NCBI GenBank assembly: GCA_963823035.1 | Contig: CAWGKG010000011.1 | Span: 32,001-96,000 of the forward strand | Reading direction: 5' to 3' | Length of the DNA: 64,000 nt | Source: an uncultured Gemmatimonadales bacterium | GTDB lineage: Bacteria > Gemmatimonadota > Gemmatimonadetes > Longimicrobiales > Gaopeijiaceae | In this document: positions 10,180-20,538 of the stretch, one piece after another | How the letters are laid out: each line of letters begins with the position of its first letter | Position numbering within the stretch: the stretch's first letter is position 1 | Program-made: the position numbers and the translations under genes | The notes under the pieces: generated by a model | Databases searched by the model: none | Told to the model about the DNA's origin: nothing | Seen by the model: the letters and a program-made list of their open reading frames with translations, nothing else

Positions 10180-10623
10180 ATGACATCCCAGCCGTTCCGA
10201 TTCCACCATCCGGTCGAGGTCCGCTTCAAGGACATCGACGTCGGGGGGCACGCGCATCACTCGCACGCCTTCGTCTATTTCGAGGAGGCGCGCGCGAGCT
10301 ACTGGCGCCAGGTCGCCGGCCGGGACGGCCTCGACGACATCGACTACATCCTGGCCGAGGCCGAAGTCCGGTGGCATCGGAGGGTGCTCTGGCCGCAGAC
10401 CCTCTCGGTCGGCGTGCGCGTCGCGCGCCTGGGGAAGAAGCACTTCGAGATGGAATACGAGGTGCTCGGGGAGGACGGCACGCGTCTCCAGAGCGGGCGC
10501 ACGGTCCAGATCATGTACGACTACGAGGCCGGGCGCACGGCGGCGATCCCGGACGACCTGCGGGCGGCGCTCGAGCGCTTCGACGGCCCCTTCGCCGCCG
10601 GCGGAAGGGCTTCCGCCACATAG
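10180..10623 (+). CDS. Acyl-CoA thioesterase (4HBT/YbgC hotdog fold)
   Basis: GGAGG RBS; VRFKDIDVGGHAHHSHAFVYFEEAR motif. Confidence 0.9.
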   Translation: MTSQPFRFHHPVEVRFKDIDVGGHAHHSHAFVYFEEARASYWRQVAGRDGLDDIDYILAEAEVRWHRRVLWPQTLSVGVRVARLGKKHFEMEYEVLGEDGTRLQSGRTVQIMYDYEAGRTAAIPDDLRAALERFDGPFAAGGRASAT

Positions 10624-10645
10624 GGTTCCATGGCGGCCGCCAACG

Positions 10646-10690
10646 TTGACCCCCGTGGAGCGCTCCGGGTACATTGGCACGTTTCCCGCA
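10646..10690 (+). promoter_or_regulatory. Sigma70-like promoter overlapped by a sigma54-like site
   Basis: TTGACC (10646) N18 TACATT (10670); TTGGCACGTTTCCCGCA (10674-10690) has GG-N10-GC spacing. Confidence 0.5.
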
Positions 10691-10816
10691 CGCGGGGGCC
10701 GTTGGAAAGCGGATCTCCGGGTGCGCCTGCGGTTTATGGAAGGTATGCGACGTTCGGCGGGCGCCCGGACGGACGAAGCGGGAAGGCAAGGGGGAGACCC
10801 CGAGGAGATCAGGACG

Positions 10817-12560
10817 ATGGTTCGAGGCACGAGGCTCGTGTTGAGTTGCCTGGCGGTGGCCGCGGTCGGGGTGCCGACCACGCGGCTGCAGGCCCAGGAG
10901 ATGGGGCGCTACCGCGTCCTCATTCCGAACTTCCAGCCCCTCGACGGGGCCAAGGACGACTTCGGGAAGAAGGTGGCGGAGGATCTGCGGGAGTTGGTCA
11001 ACGGGCTCGCGACGCACCAGCCGATCGAGAAGAAGGAGATCGAGCAGAGCCTGAAGCGCTTCAAGATGAAGATGGAAGAGCTGGACTGCATCCGTACACG
11101 GCAGCTCGCGTCGCAGATGAACGCCCAGGTGGCGCTGTGCGCGAACTACACCGAGCGGAACGGCCAGGTCGTGGTCGACGCGGAGTTCTGGGACATCGCT
11201 TCCAGCGAGTCGTTCAAGGTCGACCCGACCACGGTCGGTGAGAAGGACGACCAGCAGGCGGCACAGCACATCTTCGACCAGTTCGACGGCTACGTGCAGC
11301 AGGTGCGCTTCGCGCAGTTCTGCGGCGAATACGCGCAGAGCCAGCAGTGGGACAACGCGCTGCGCAACTGCGACCAGGCGCTCGAGCTCAATCCGGACGC
11401 GGTCGGGACGCGCTACCAGCGCGCGCGCATCCTCTACGAGACGGACCGCTACCCGGAGGCGCTCTCCGAGCTCGAGAAGGTCCTCGCAGCTGAACCAGTT
11501 CCACGAGGACGCGCTCCAGCTCGCGGGCTACATCTCCGCCAAGCAGGGTGAGGACGAGAAGGCCCTCGACTACTACTCCCAGTACCTCGAGCTGAATCCG
11601 GGCAACGCGAACGTCCGCATGAAGATCGCCTACGACCTGGCGCAGGCCGGCGATCCGGGCGGCGCGATGCAGCTCGTCCAGGAGGGGCTGGACGTCGACT
11701 CTGAGAACATCGACCTCTGGGAGCAGTACGGCGGCTACGCCTTCGCCAGGGCGCTCGAGATCAACCAGGAGGCGTCGGTCGGCGCGGGCGAGGACGCGGG
11801 GTCCGTCGCGCCCGAGGCGGTGGAGTACTTCCGCAAGGCCATCGAGGCCTACCAGAAGGTGTTCGAGGCCAAGGGACCCGACACGCCGGTGGGGCACCTG
11901 CGCAACATCGTGGCGGCCTACGTGCAGCTCGGTGAGCTCGACCAGGCGATCGCCATGGCCGAGCGCGCGCTCGAGACGCACCCGCAGGAGGACGCGCTCT
12001 GGTCGATCTACGCGGACGCGCTCCAGCGCGCCGGGAAGCTCGACGAGGCGATCACGGCGCTCGACCGGGTGAAGGAGATCAACCCCAACTACCCGAACGT
12101 GAGCCTGCGGCAGGGGAACTGGCTGATCCAGGCCGGTCGTATCGACGACGCGGTGGCCGTCCTCAAGTCGGCCGTGGCCGGGAGTCAGGATCAGGCCGAC
12201 GTGGCGGCGCGGCTCATCTTCGCCGACGCCTACCAGAACGGCATCCAGAAGGAGAGGTACGCGTACGCCGTGGACGGGCTGTCGGCGGCCAAGCAGCTGC
12301 CCAACCTCAGCTCGATGATGATGAGCCAGCTCAACTTCTGGCACGGCTATGCCCTCTACACCGGTGGCGTGAAGGAGCAGGAGCCGCAGACGCTCGAGAC
12401 GGCCAAGGCCACGCTGCCGAAGTTCCAGCAGGCCGTGAAGCTCTTCCAGCAGGGCGAAGAGTACGCGGCGTCGCAGGCGTCGATCACGCTCAAGCAGTTC
12501 CTGGACAACGCGAGCACCTACATCGAGATCCAGGAAGCGATCATCAAGCGCGGAAGCTGA
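10817..12560 (+). CDS. Secreted TPR protein with N-terminal TolB_N/CsgG-like alpha/beta domain, apparent +1 frameshift at ~11487
   Basis: Signal peptide ending LQAQ; TPR helices (DQALELNPD, YSQYLELNPGN, ALETHPQED, KEINPNYP) continue across frames 10646 and 11238. Confidence 0.8.
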
Positions 12561-12598
12561 CGATGTAGCCGCGCGTCCTACCGACGCGAGTCCGCGGC

Positions 12599-12634
12599 AA
12601 GGCGCCGCGGGGCCCCCGGGTCCCGCGGCGCCTT
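12599..12634 (+). terminator. Strong hairpin after the TPR gene (probable terminator)
   Basis: 13-bp perfect inverted repeat AAGGCGCCGCGGG / CCCGCGGCGCCTT; weak U-tract. Confidence 0.6.
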
Positions 12635-12854
12635 CGCGTTCCGGAGCGCCGGAGGGGAAGGACGCGCCACGGGCCGGCTTCCCCACTCCGTCCCACCGGG
12701 AGAGGACGCGAGCGGCGCGCCCGCACACGCAATTCCGTCAGAATCCGAACGAAAACCGAAAGTCCTCCGAACCCCGTTCATCCGTACAGGGACGCGCCTT
12801 TTCGAGGTACACACCCTCATCCCTCGATGGGAAGGAATTGGCAAAAAAGCACCC

Positions 12855-12884
12855 TTGACGCCCTGGTCCACTCGCCCCTATTAT
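12855..12884 (+). promoter_or_regulatory. dcw cluster sigma70-type promoter
   Basis: TTGACG N18 TATTAT, preceded by an A-tract (GCAAAAAAGC). Confidence 0.7.
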
Positions 12885-12922
12885 GCCTCCACGGCATACC
12901 ACTCTATCCCACCCCATCCCAC
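12868..12922. promoter_or_regulatory. Probable MraZ operator (phased CCAC/GTGG repeats)
   Basis: CCAC at 12889, 12899, 12909 and 12919 (10-bp period) plus 12868, directly upstream of mraZ. Confidence 0.75.
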
Positions 12923-12946
12923 TCCTGGGATCCGGCGGAGCGTTTC

Positions 12947-13379
12947 TTGGGCGCTTTTCGGGGACGGCACGAGCACCAGATGGACGAGAAGGGGCGCGTG
13001 AGCCTCCCCTCGGCGTTCCGCCGAGGCGAGTCCGACGAGCGCTTCGTTCTCCTCCAATGGGAGAAGCCGTACCTGACGCTCTTCCCCGAGGCGAAGTGGA
13101 ACGAGATCGAGGACCGACTCGACGACTACCGCAAGTCCGGCAGCCGGGGCGATGAACCACGTCCGCCTCCTCTACGAGACCCTGGCCGAGGTCAGCCCCG
13201 ACAAGCAGGGACGCATTCTCGTGCCCGCGCCGCTGCAGCAGGCCGGTGGCCTGAGCGGCACGGTGCTCCTTCTCGGGATGCGCGATCGGGTGGAGTTGTG
13301 GGATCCGACCACCTACGAGAAGGTCGTCCGCGAGGAGGCCGGTGACTTCGCCCAGTTCGCGCACAGGCTGTTCGGCTGA
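12947..13379 (+). CDS. mraZ: Division/cell wall cluster transcriptional repressor MraZ, apparent +1 frameshift at ~13147
   Basis: FRGRHEHQMDEKGRVSLPSAFR and second repeat DKQGRILVP...GMRDRVELWD; TTG start after GGAG. Confidence 0.92.
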
Positions 13380-14305
13380 TGGCGACGGACTACCACGAGC
13401 CCGTCATGGCCGACGAGGTGGTGGCCTTCCTCGCGCCCTCCGGTGAGGCGCTCCTCCTCGACGGCACGGTGGGAGGCGGCGGACACACGCGCCGCATCCT
13501 CGAGGCCTGCCCCGGGTGCCGGGTCGTGGCCGTCGATCGGGACCCGGAGGCGATCGCCGAGGCGCGAGCGTCGCTCGGCGCCCTCGCCGCACGGGTCCGC
13601 TTCCTCCACCGCCGCTACGACGAGGCGACCGACGACGCCGAGATCCGCGACCGTGGGCTCGAGGGAGCGCTCCTGGACCTCGGCGTCAGCTCGCATCAGC
13701 TCGACGAGGAGGCCCGGGGCTTCGCCTTCCGCCGCGGGGTCGCGCTGGACATGCGCATGGACCTCACGCAGGAGGAGGACGCGGCGCGCCTCCTCGCCGA
13801 GGCGGACGAGGAGCGGCTCGCACGGGTGTTTCGGGAGCTCGGTGAGGAGCCGCGGGCCCGCAGGCTCGCCCGCGAGATCGTGAAGCGGCGGGCGACGGAG
13901 CCCCTGCGCACCAGCGACGACCTGGTGGCGGCGCTCACCGTCGCGATGGGCCGCTCGGCGTCCGCGCAGGACAAGGCGCGGATCTTCCAGGCCGTGCGGA
14001 TCGCGGTCAACGGCGAGCTCGAGTCGCTGGAGCGGGGACTGCCCGCGATCCGCGACCGCCTGAAGGAGGGCGGCGTGCTCGTGGTGATCGCCTACCACTC
14101 GCTCGAGGACCGGCTGGTCAAGAACGCCTTCCGCGAGTGGAGCCGCGCCTGCGTGTGCCCGCCCGAGGCCCCCGTGTGCACGTGCCGCGGCGAGCCCCTC
14201 GGCGAGACGCTCACCCGCAAGCCCGTCCGCCCCGGGGACGCCGAGGTCGAGGCCAACCCGCGGGCTCGGAGCGCGCGTCTGCGCGCCTGGCGGAGGGCCG
14301 CGTGA
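13379..14305 (+). CDS. rsmH: 16S rRNA C1402 N4-methyltransferase
   Basis: HEPVM, DGTVGGGGH, DLGVSSHQLD, YHSLEDRLVK and NPRARSARLR. Confidence 0.97.
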   Translation: MATDYHEPVMADEVVAFLAPSGEALLLDGTVGGGGHTRRILEACPGCRVVAVDRDPEAIAEARASLGALAARVRFLHRRYDEATDDAEIRDRGLEGALLDLGVSSHQLDEEARGFAFRRGVALDMRMDLTQEEDAARLLAEADEERLARVFRELGEEPRARRLAREIVKRRATEPLRTSDDLVAALTVAMGRSASAQDKARIFQAVRIAVNGELESLERGLPAIRDRLKEGGVLVVIAYHSLEDRLVKNAFREWSRACVCPPEAPVCTCRGEPLGETLTRKPVRPGDAEVEANPRARSARLRAWRRAA

Positions 14306-14589
14306 ACGGGCTCGGCTCGTTCCTGCGCGCCGCCTTCGCCGTGGCGGTCTTCCTGGGCTCGCTGGCCCTGGTGACCTGGCGGCAGAGCCGGGCCTTCGAG
14401 ACGGCGGCCCGCCTGGACGACCTCCGCCGCCAGAACTCGGTGGCCGAGGCCGAGCAGGTGGAGCTGGAGCGTCACATCCAGGTGCTCGAGAGCAGGACGC
14501 ACGTGGTGCCGGCCGCACGGGCCCGCCTGGGCATGCACACCGCGACGACGTCGGAGCTGGTCATCCTTTCGGGAGACGTGAACCCGTGA
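14302..14589 (+). CDS. ftsL: Cell division protein FtsL-like
   Basis: TM helix plus coiled coil ending ARARLGM; canonical position between rsmH and ftsI. Confidence 0.8.
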   Translation: MNGLGSFLRAAFAVAVFLGSLALVTWRQSRAFETAARLDDLRRQNSVAEAEQVELERHIQVLESRTHVVPAARARLGMHTATTSELVILSGDVNP

Positions 14590-16562
14590 GCCGTAGAGAG
14601 CCCCCCCACAGCCGCGCCGCCTGGCGTCGTCGCCTCGTGCTCGCGGGGTGGATGGTCGCCTGCGCGGTGCTCTGCGTTCGCGCCGCCCAGGTCCAGGTCC
14701 TGGAGGGCGCCGACTGGCAGGAGATGGCCGAGTCGCAGCACACGACGGACAAGGAGGTCGCGGCCGCCCGCGGCGCCGTCCTCGACCGGGACGGGGCGCA
14801 GCTCGCCGTGTCCCGGGAGGTCTACCGGGTGAGCGTGGCCCCGCAGGAGCTCCTGGCCCCCGATTCGACGCGCGCGCTGCTGGCTGCGGCGCTGGACCTG
14901 TCGACGCAGGCCGCCCGCCGCCTGGTGAACAAGGACCGACGCTGGGTGGTGGCTCCGGGTCGCTACCCGCCCACCGTGCGCGACCGGCTTTCCGGCGTGC
15001 GCGGCGTGTACCTCGACCGCGAGCTGGAGCGCTTCCACCCGCATGGCAACCTCGCCCGCGGCGTGCTGGGCGCGCTCCTCGACGGGGAGGGGCAGGGGGG
15101 GATCGAGCAGACCTTCGACGACGTCCTGAGAGGCCGCGCCGGCCGCGAGGTGGTCGCCCGCGACAACCTGGGCAAGCCGATCCCCGGTGAGACGCTCCTC
15201 GTGGACGCGCCCCGCTCGGGGGGTCAGGTGGTCCTCACGCTCGACCTGGACCTCCAGGAGATCGCGGGCCAGGCGCTGCAGGAGGCCATCGAGGGGAGCC
15301 AGGCGCGCGGGGGCGACGTGCTGATCACCGATCCGTCGACCGGCGAGATCCTGGCGCTCGTCTCGATCCGCGACGGCAAGACGGCGGGGCTGGGCGCGAT
15401 CAACACGCCGTACGAGCCGGGCTCGACGCTCAAGCCCTTCACGGTGGCCGGGATGCTCGACCGACACCTCGCACGGCTCGGCGACTCGGTCGACGTCGAC
15501 AACGGCACGTGGACGGTCGCGGGGCGCACGCTGCACGACGTGCACGCCGAGGGGCGCATGACGATCGCCGACGCGCTGCGCGTGTCGTCCAACGTGGGGA
15601 TCGCCAAGGCCGCCCAGGTGCTCACCCCCGGCGAGCAATACGAGAACCTGCGCGACTTCGGCTTCGGCGCCGCCACCGGCATCGACCTCCCCGGCGAGGC
15701 CAGCGGCACGCTGCGTCGCCCGGACCGGTGGTCGCTGCAGTCGCCCGCGTCGCTCGCGATCGGCTACGAGATCGGCGTCACCCCGATCCAGATGGCGATG
15801 GCCTACGGCGCGCTCGCCAACGGCGGCCTGCTCATGGAGCCCCGGCTGATCCGCGAGGTGCGCGATCCCTCCGGCAAGGTGGTGGAGCACCGCGAGCCGC
15901 AGGTGGTGCGCCGCGTGATCACCCCCGAGGTCGCGCGCTCCGTGAGCCGTGTGCTCGTGGACGTCGTCGAGGACGGCACCGGCACGCGGGCGCGGCTGGG
16001 CGCGTTCGCCGTGGCCGGCAAGAGCGGCACGTCCCGGGCCTACAGCGCCGAGAGCGGCTACACCGCGGGGCACTACGCGTCCTTCGTCGGCTTCTTTCCG
16101 GCGGAGGCGCCCCAGCTCGTGATCTTCGTCAAGCTGGAGAACCCTTCGGGCACGTACTACGGCGGCGCGGTGGCCGCGCCGGTGACGCGAGCCACGATGG
16201 AGGCCGCGCTGGCCGCCAGGGGCACGCCGCTGGATCGCGAGAAGCTGCTGCGTGCGGCCCGCCCCGGGATCAGCCCTCGCCCGGCGACGACGGTGAAGTT
16301 CGCGGCGCAGGCCCTCGATCCGCCCGTGCCGCCCCGCGTCGATGCGGCGCGCTCGGACGACGACGCACCGGCCGCCAGCGTGCCCGTGCCGGACGTGCGC
16401 GGCCTCCCGGCCCGCACGGCGGTGCGCCGCCTGCACGCGCTCGGACTGAGGGTCTCCGAGGTGGGGAGGGGCGCCATCGTCGGCACGTTCCCGCCGGCGG
16501 GCGCGAGGGTCGCGCCCGGGGACACCGTCCGCCTGCGCGTCCGGCGGAGGTCGGATGGCTGA
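14586..16562 (+). CDS. ftsI: Class B penicillin-binding protein with C-terminal PASTA domain
   Basis: RGAVLDRDG; SxxK (EPGSTLK), SSN and KSG motifs; VPDVRGL PASTA. Confidence 0.93.
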   Translation: MSRREPPHSRAAWRRRLVLAGWMVACAVLCVRAAQVQVLEGADWQEMAESQHTTDKEVAAARGAVLDRDGAQLAVSREVYRVSVAPQELLAPDSTRALLAAALDLSTQAARRLVNKDRRWVVAPGRYPPTVRDRLSGVRGVYLDRELERFHPHGNLARGVLGALLDGEGQGGIEQTFDDVLRGRAGREVVARDNLGKPIPGETLLVDAPRSGGQVVLTLDLDLQEIAGQALQEAIEGSQARGGDVLITDPSTGEILALVSIRDGKTAGLGAINTPYEPGSTLKPFTVAGMLDRHLARLGDSVDVDNGTWTVAGRTLHDVHAEGRMTIADALRVSSNVGIAKAAQVLTPGEQYENLRDFGFGAATGIDLPGEASGTLRRPDRWSLQSPASLAIGYEIGVTPIQMAMAYGALANGGLLMEPRLIREVRDPSGKVVEHREPQVVRRVITPEVARSVSRVLVDVVEDGTGTRARLGAFAVAGKSGTSRAYSAESGYTAGHYASFVGFFPAEAPQLVIFVKLENPSGTYYGGAVAAPVTRATMEAALAARGTPLDREKLLRAARPGISPRPATTVKFAAQALDPPVPPRVDAARSDDDAPAASVPVPDVRGLPARTAVRRLHALGLRVSEVGRGAIVGTFPPAGARVAPGDTVRLRVRRRSDG

Positions 16563-18030
16563 AGCGCCCGTCAGCCTGGGAACCGTGAGCCGCGTCCTCC
16601 GGTCCGCCGGCCTCCTCCGGGGCGAGCGCGGCCCGGAGGACGTCGCCGTACGGGGGGTGAGTCAGGACTCCCGCTCCATACGCCCGGGCGACCTCTTCCT
16701 CGCGTGGAAGGGCACCGCGGCGGACGCCCACGACTTCGTGGCGCGGGCGGCGGCGGCCGGAGCCGTGGCGGCGGTGGTCGAGCACCCGGTCGACGCCGAC
16801 CTCCCGCAGCTCGTGGTATCCGACGGTCGTCGGGCGGCCGCGCTCGCGGCGCATCACGTGATGGGCGCGCCCTCGGAGCGCATGACCGTCGTCGGCGTGA
16901 CCGGCACCAACGGGAAGACCACCACCGCGCTGCTCGCGCGCCACCTCCTGGGCGCGCTGGGGCCGGCGGCCGCCATGGGGACCCTCGGCGTCGTGGACGA
17001 CCAGGGCGTGCGGCCGGGCACCGAGGGGCTGACGACGCCGGGCCCGGTGCAGGTCGCCGTCTGGTTGTGGGAGCTCGCCAACGACGGCATGCGCGCCGTG
17101 GTCATGGAGGCCTCGTCGCACGCGCTCGACCAGCGGCGCCTGGACGGCGTCCGCTTCGAGATGGGCGTGTTCACGAACCTCACGCAGGATCACCTCGACT
17201 ACCACGTGGACCTGGCGTCGTACTTCGGCGCCAAGGCACGGCTGGTCGAGCTGGTCCAGGAGCGGGGCGCGCTGGTCGTGAACCGCGACGACCGCGCGTG
17301 GGACGAGCTCGACGTCGCGGGACGGCGGCTGCGGACCTTCGCGGTCGACGCGGAGGCGGACGTGCGCGCCGAGCGGGTCCAGCTGAGCGCGGCCGGTGCC
17401 CGCTTCATCCTCGTGGTGGACGGGGCACGCGCCGACGTCTCCCTCCCTCTGCGCGGCGCCTACAACGTCGAGAACGCGCTGGCGGCCGCGGCGGTCGCGG
17501 CGGCTGCGGGGATGGACGTCGGGCAGATCGCGGACCGACTCGGCTCGGCGCCGCAGGTGAGCGGGCGCCTGGAGGCGGTGCTGGGCGACCCCTTCTCGGT
17601 GCTCATCGACTTCGCGCACACGCCCGACGCCCTCGAGGGTGCGCTGGGCGCCGTGAAGCCGCTCACCGAGGGGCGTCTGATCGTCCTGTTCGGTGCGGGT
17701 GGCGACCGCGACCGCGCGAAGCGCCGTCCGATGGCCGAGGCCGTGCGTCGCTTCGCGGACGTGGTGGTGCTCACCTCGGACAACCCGCGCACGGAGGACC
17801 CGGAGCGCATCCTCGACGACCTGGCCGGCGGCCTGGTGGGCGTCCCGTACACCCGCATCGCCGATCGGCGCGCGGCGATCCTGCACGCGCTGTCCGTGGC
17901 CCGCCCGGGGGACACCGTCGTCCTCGCCGGGAAGGGGCACGAGACCTACCAGGTGATCGGCCGCGAGAAGCGGCCCTTCGACGAGCGGGCGATCGTGCGC
18001 GCGTGCCTCGCCGAGCTGGGGGCCGCGTGA
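16555..18030 (+). CDS. murE: UDP-MurNAc-tripeptide synthetase (meso-DAP type)
   Basis: GVTGTNGKTT, MEASSH, DFAHTPDAL, SDNPR (DAP specificity motif) and AGKGHE. Confidence 0.97.
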   Translation: MAEAPVSLGTVSRVLRSAGLLRGERGPEDVAVRGVSQDSRSIRPGDLFLAWKGTAADAHDFVARAAAAGAVAAVVEHPVDADLPQLVVSDGRRAAALAAHHVMGAPSERMTVVGVTGTNGKTTTALLARHLLGALGPAAAMGTLGVVDDQGVRPGTEGLTTPGPVQVAVWLWELANDGMRAVVMEASSHALDQRRLDGVRFEMGVFTNLTQDHLDYHVDLASYFGAKARLVELVQERGALVVNRDDRAWDELDVAGRRLRTFAVDAEADVRAERVQLSAAGARFILVVDGARADVSLPLRGAYNVENALAAAAVAAAAGMDVGQIADRLGSAPQVSGRLEAVLGDPFSVLIDFAHTPDALEGALGAVKPLTEGRLIVLFGAGGDRDRAKRRPMAEAVRRFADVVVLTSDNPRTEDPERILDDLAGGLVGVPYTRIADRRAAILHALSVARPGDTVVLAGKGHETYQVIGREKRPFDERAIVRACLAELGAA

Positions 18031-19417
18031 GCGCCTTCACCTGGACCGACGCGGCGGTGCGCGAGGCCCTCGGCCTGCGCCTCGACCGTGCGCTCGACGG
18101 GGTCGAGTACACGGGCGTGTCCACCGATTCGCGTGCGCTGGGCGAGGGCGACCTGTACGTGGCGCTCACGGGTGAGCGCTTCGACGGCCACGACTTCGTC
18201 GCGGACGCCCTGGCGGCGGGCGCGCGCGGCGCCGTGGTCTCCCGGACCGTCGAGGGCGAGGGCACCGCGCCGCTCTACCCGGTGGCCGACACGCTGGACG
18301 CGCTCGGGGCGCTCGCCGCCCACCGGCGCAAGGCGCTGTCCGCTCCGGTCGTCGGCATCACCGGGCTCGGCCGGCAAGACGACCACCAAGGAGCTGACCC
18401 GCGGCGCGCTCGCGGGCGCGCTCCGGGTGCACGCGACGCGCGGCAACCTGAACAACCGGATCGGGATGCCCCTCACGTTGCTGCGCGCCCCCACGGACGC
18501 CGAGGTGGTGGTGCTGGAGATGGGCACCAACGAGCCCGGCGAGATCGCCGCGCTGGCGCAGGTGGCCCGCCCGGACATCGGCGTCGTCATCACGGTGGGC
18601 GAGGCACACCTGGAGAAGCTCGGCAGCCTGGAGGGCGTCCTGAGCGAGAAGCTCGACCTCCTCCGCGGCCTCGCGGAGGGCGGGCGCTGCGTGGTGGGCG
18701 ACGAGCCCGAGCTGCTCGCCACCGCCGCTCGCTCGGTCTGCCCCGCCGTCCGTGTCGCCGGCTGGAGCGAGCGCGCCGATGCGGACCTGCGCCCGACCGA
18801 GGTCGAGGTCGACACCTTCGGCTCCCACCGCTTCCGTTGGCGGGGACGGACGGTGCGGCTCAACGTCGCCGGCCGGCACGCGGTGCTCGACGCGCTCCTC
18901 GCGCTCGCCGTCGCCGACCTCCTGGGCGTCGCCCCCGAGCGCGCCGTGGCCGGGCTGGCGGGCGTGGAGTCCGGCGGCATGCGCGGTGAGGTGCGTCGCA
19001 TCGGCGACCTGACGGTGGTCGTGGACTGCTACAACGCGAACCCGCCCAGCGTGAAGGCCGCGCTCGACCTCCTGGACGCGCGCTCGGCCCGCCACAAGGT
19101 GGTGGTTCTGGGCACGATGCTGGAGTTGGGAGCGGCATCGGACCGCCTCCACCGCGAGGTCCTCGCCGACGCCGTTGGCACGCGACGTCGAGCTGGTGGT
19201 GGCCACGGGCGCCTTCGAGGCCGCGGCCGAGGACGTCGAGGACCCGAGGGGCGACCGCCTGATCACGGCGCCCGATTGGCAGAGCGCGTACCCCGCGCTC
19301 CTCGAGCGTCTCGGCGGCAACGAGGTCGTGCTCCTCAAGGCGTCGCGCGGCGTAGCCATGGAGGGGATCCTCGCGCTCCTCGAGGCCGACTTCGCGTCGG
19401 CGGAGGGGGAGGGCTGA
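18027..19417 (+). CDS. murF: UDP-MurNAc-pentapeptide synthetase, two apparent +1 frameshifts (~18364, ~19173)
   Basis: GERFDGHDF; ITG|SAGKTTTK; NLNNRIGMP; DCYNANP; VLLKASRG, spread across three frames. Confidence 0.93.
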
Positions 19418-20523
19418 TGCTCTACCACCTCCTTCCCCGGTTCTCGGACGTCAGCATCGTCTTCAACCTCTTCCGCTACATCACCTTCCGGGCGGCGGGC
19501 GCGGTGGTGACGTCGCTCCTGTTCGCGTTCGTGGCCGGCCCGTTCGCGATCCGGTGGCTCACCTCGCTGCGCGTCGGCCAGGTGGTGCGCGAGGCGGGTC
19601 CGAAGACGCACCTGGACAAGGCCGGCACCCCCACGATGGGCGGGGTGATCATCATCTTCGCGGCCACGCTGTCCACGCTCCTGTGGGCCGAGCTCGCGAA
19701 CTGGTACACGGTGCTGGCCCTCGCCGCGCTCCTGTGGATGGGCGCGATCGGCTTCCTGGACGACTACCTCAAGGTCGTGCGCAAGCACCCGCGGGGGCTG
19801 GTGGCGCGCTACAAGATGATCGGGCAGGTGAGCTTCGGCGTCGGCCTCGCCGCGTTGCTGCTGGTGCACCCCATCTCGCGCATGCCGAGCACGATGACGG
19901 GCGTGCCCTTCTTCTCCGACTACGCCGCCGTGTTCTGGGCGCCGGCGTTCGTCGTGTTCGTGGCCATCGTCGTGTCGGGCACGTCGAACACGGTCAACCT
20001 GACCGACGGGCTGGACGGGCTGGCCGCCGGGCTCACCGCGATCGTGGCGGTGACGTTCGGCATCCTGGCCTACGTCGAGGGCCGCATCGACACGTCCCAC
20101 TACCTGGGCCTCTTCCACCTCCCGGGGGCGGGGGAGCTGTCGATCTTCGCGGCCGCGCTCGCCGGGGCGGCGATCGGCTTCCTCTGGTTCAACGCGCACC
20201 CGGCCGAGGTCTTCATGGGCGACACCGGCTCGCTCTCCCTCGGCGGCGCCATCGGCGTGATGGCCATCCTCCTCAAGGCCGAGTTCCTCCTGGTGATCGC
20301 CGGGGGCGTGTTCGTGATGGAAGGCGTCTCGGTGATCCTGCAGACGTCCTGGTTCAAGTACACGGCCCGCCGCCACGGGGAGGGGCGGCGGATCTTCTTG
20401 ATGGCCCCCATCCACCACCACTTCGAGAAGCTCGGCTGGCCCGAGACCAAGGTGGTCGTGCGCTTCTGGATCCTCGGCATCCTGTTCGCGATGCTCGCGT
20501 TCAGCACGCTGAAGATCCGTTAG
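19417..20523 (+). CDS. mraY: Phospho-MurNAc-pentapeptide transferase
   Basis: GTPTMGG, GFLDDYLK, NLTDGLDGL, VFMGDTGS and MAPIHHHFE. Confidence 0.97.
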   Translation: MLYHLLPRFSDVSIVFNLFRYITFRAAGAVVTSLLFAFVAGPFAIRWLTSLRVGQVVREAGPKTHLDKAGTPTMGGVIIIFAATLSTLLWAELANWYTVLALAALLWMGAIGFLDDYLKVVRKHPRGLVARYKMIGQVSFGVGLAALLLVHPISRMPSTMTGVPFFSDYAAVFWAPAFVVFVAIVVSGTSNTVNLTDGLDGLAAGLTAIVAVTFGILAYVEGRIDTSHYLGLFHLPGAGELSIFAAALAGAAIGFLWFNAHPAEVFMGDTGSLSLGGAIGVMAILLKAEFLLVIAGGVFVMEGVSVILQTSWFKYTARRHGEGRRIFLMAPIHHHFEKLGWPETKVVVRFWILGILFAMLAFSTLKIR

Positions 20524-20538
20524 CGCATAGGATGCGAT

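Noticed and set aside
12768..12780. Gram-positive LexA (Cheo) box
   Set aside because: GAAC and GTTC are 3 nt apart, not 4
18088..20523. 811-aa ORF that looks like a MurF-MraY fusion
   Set aside because: The true MurF C-terminus (VLLKASRG) is in frame 19175..19417 and stops at the mraY ATG; the join comes from a frameshift
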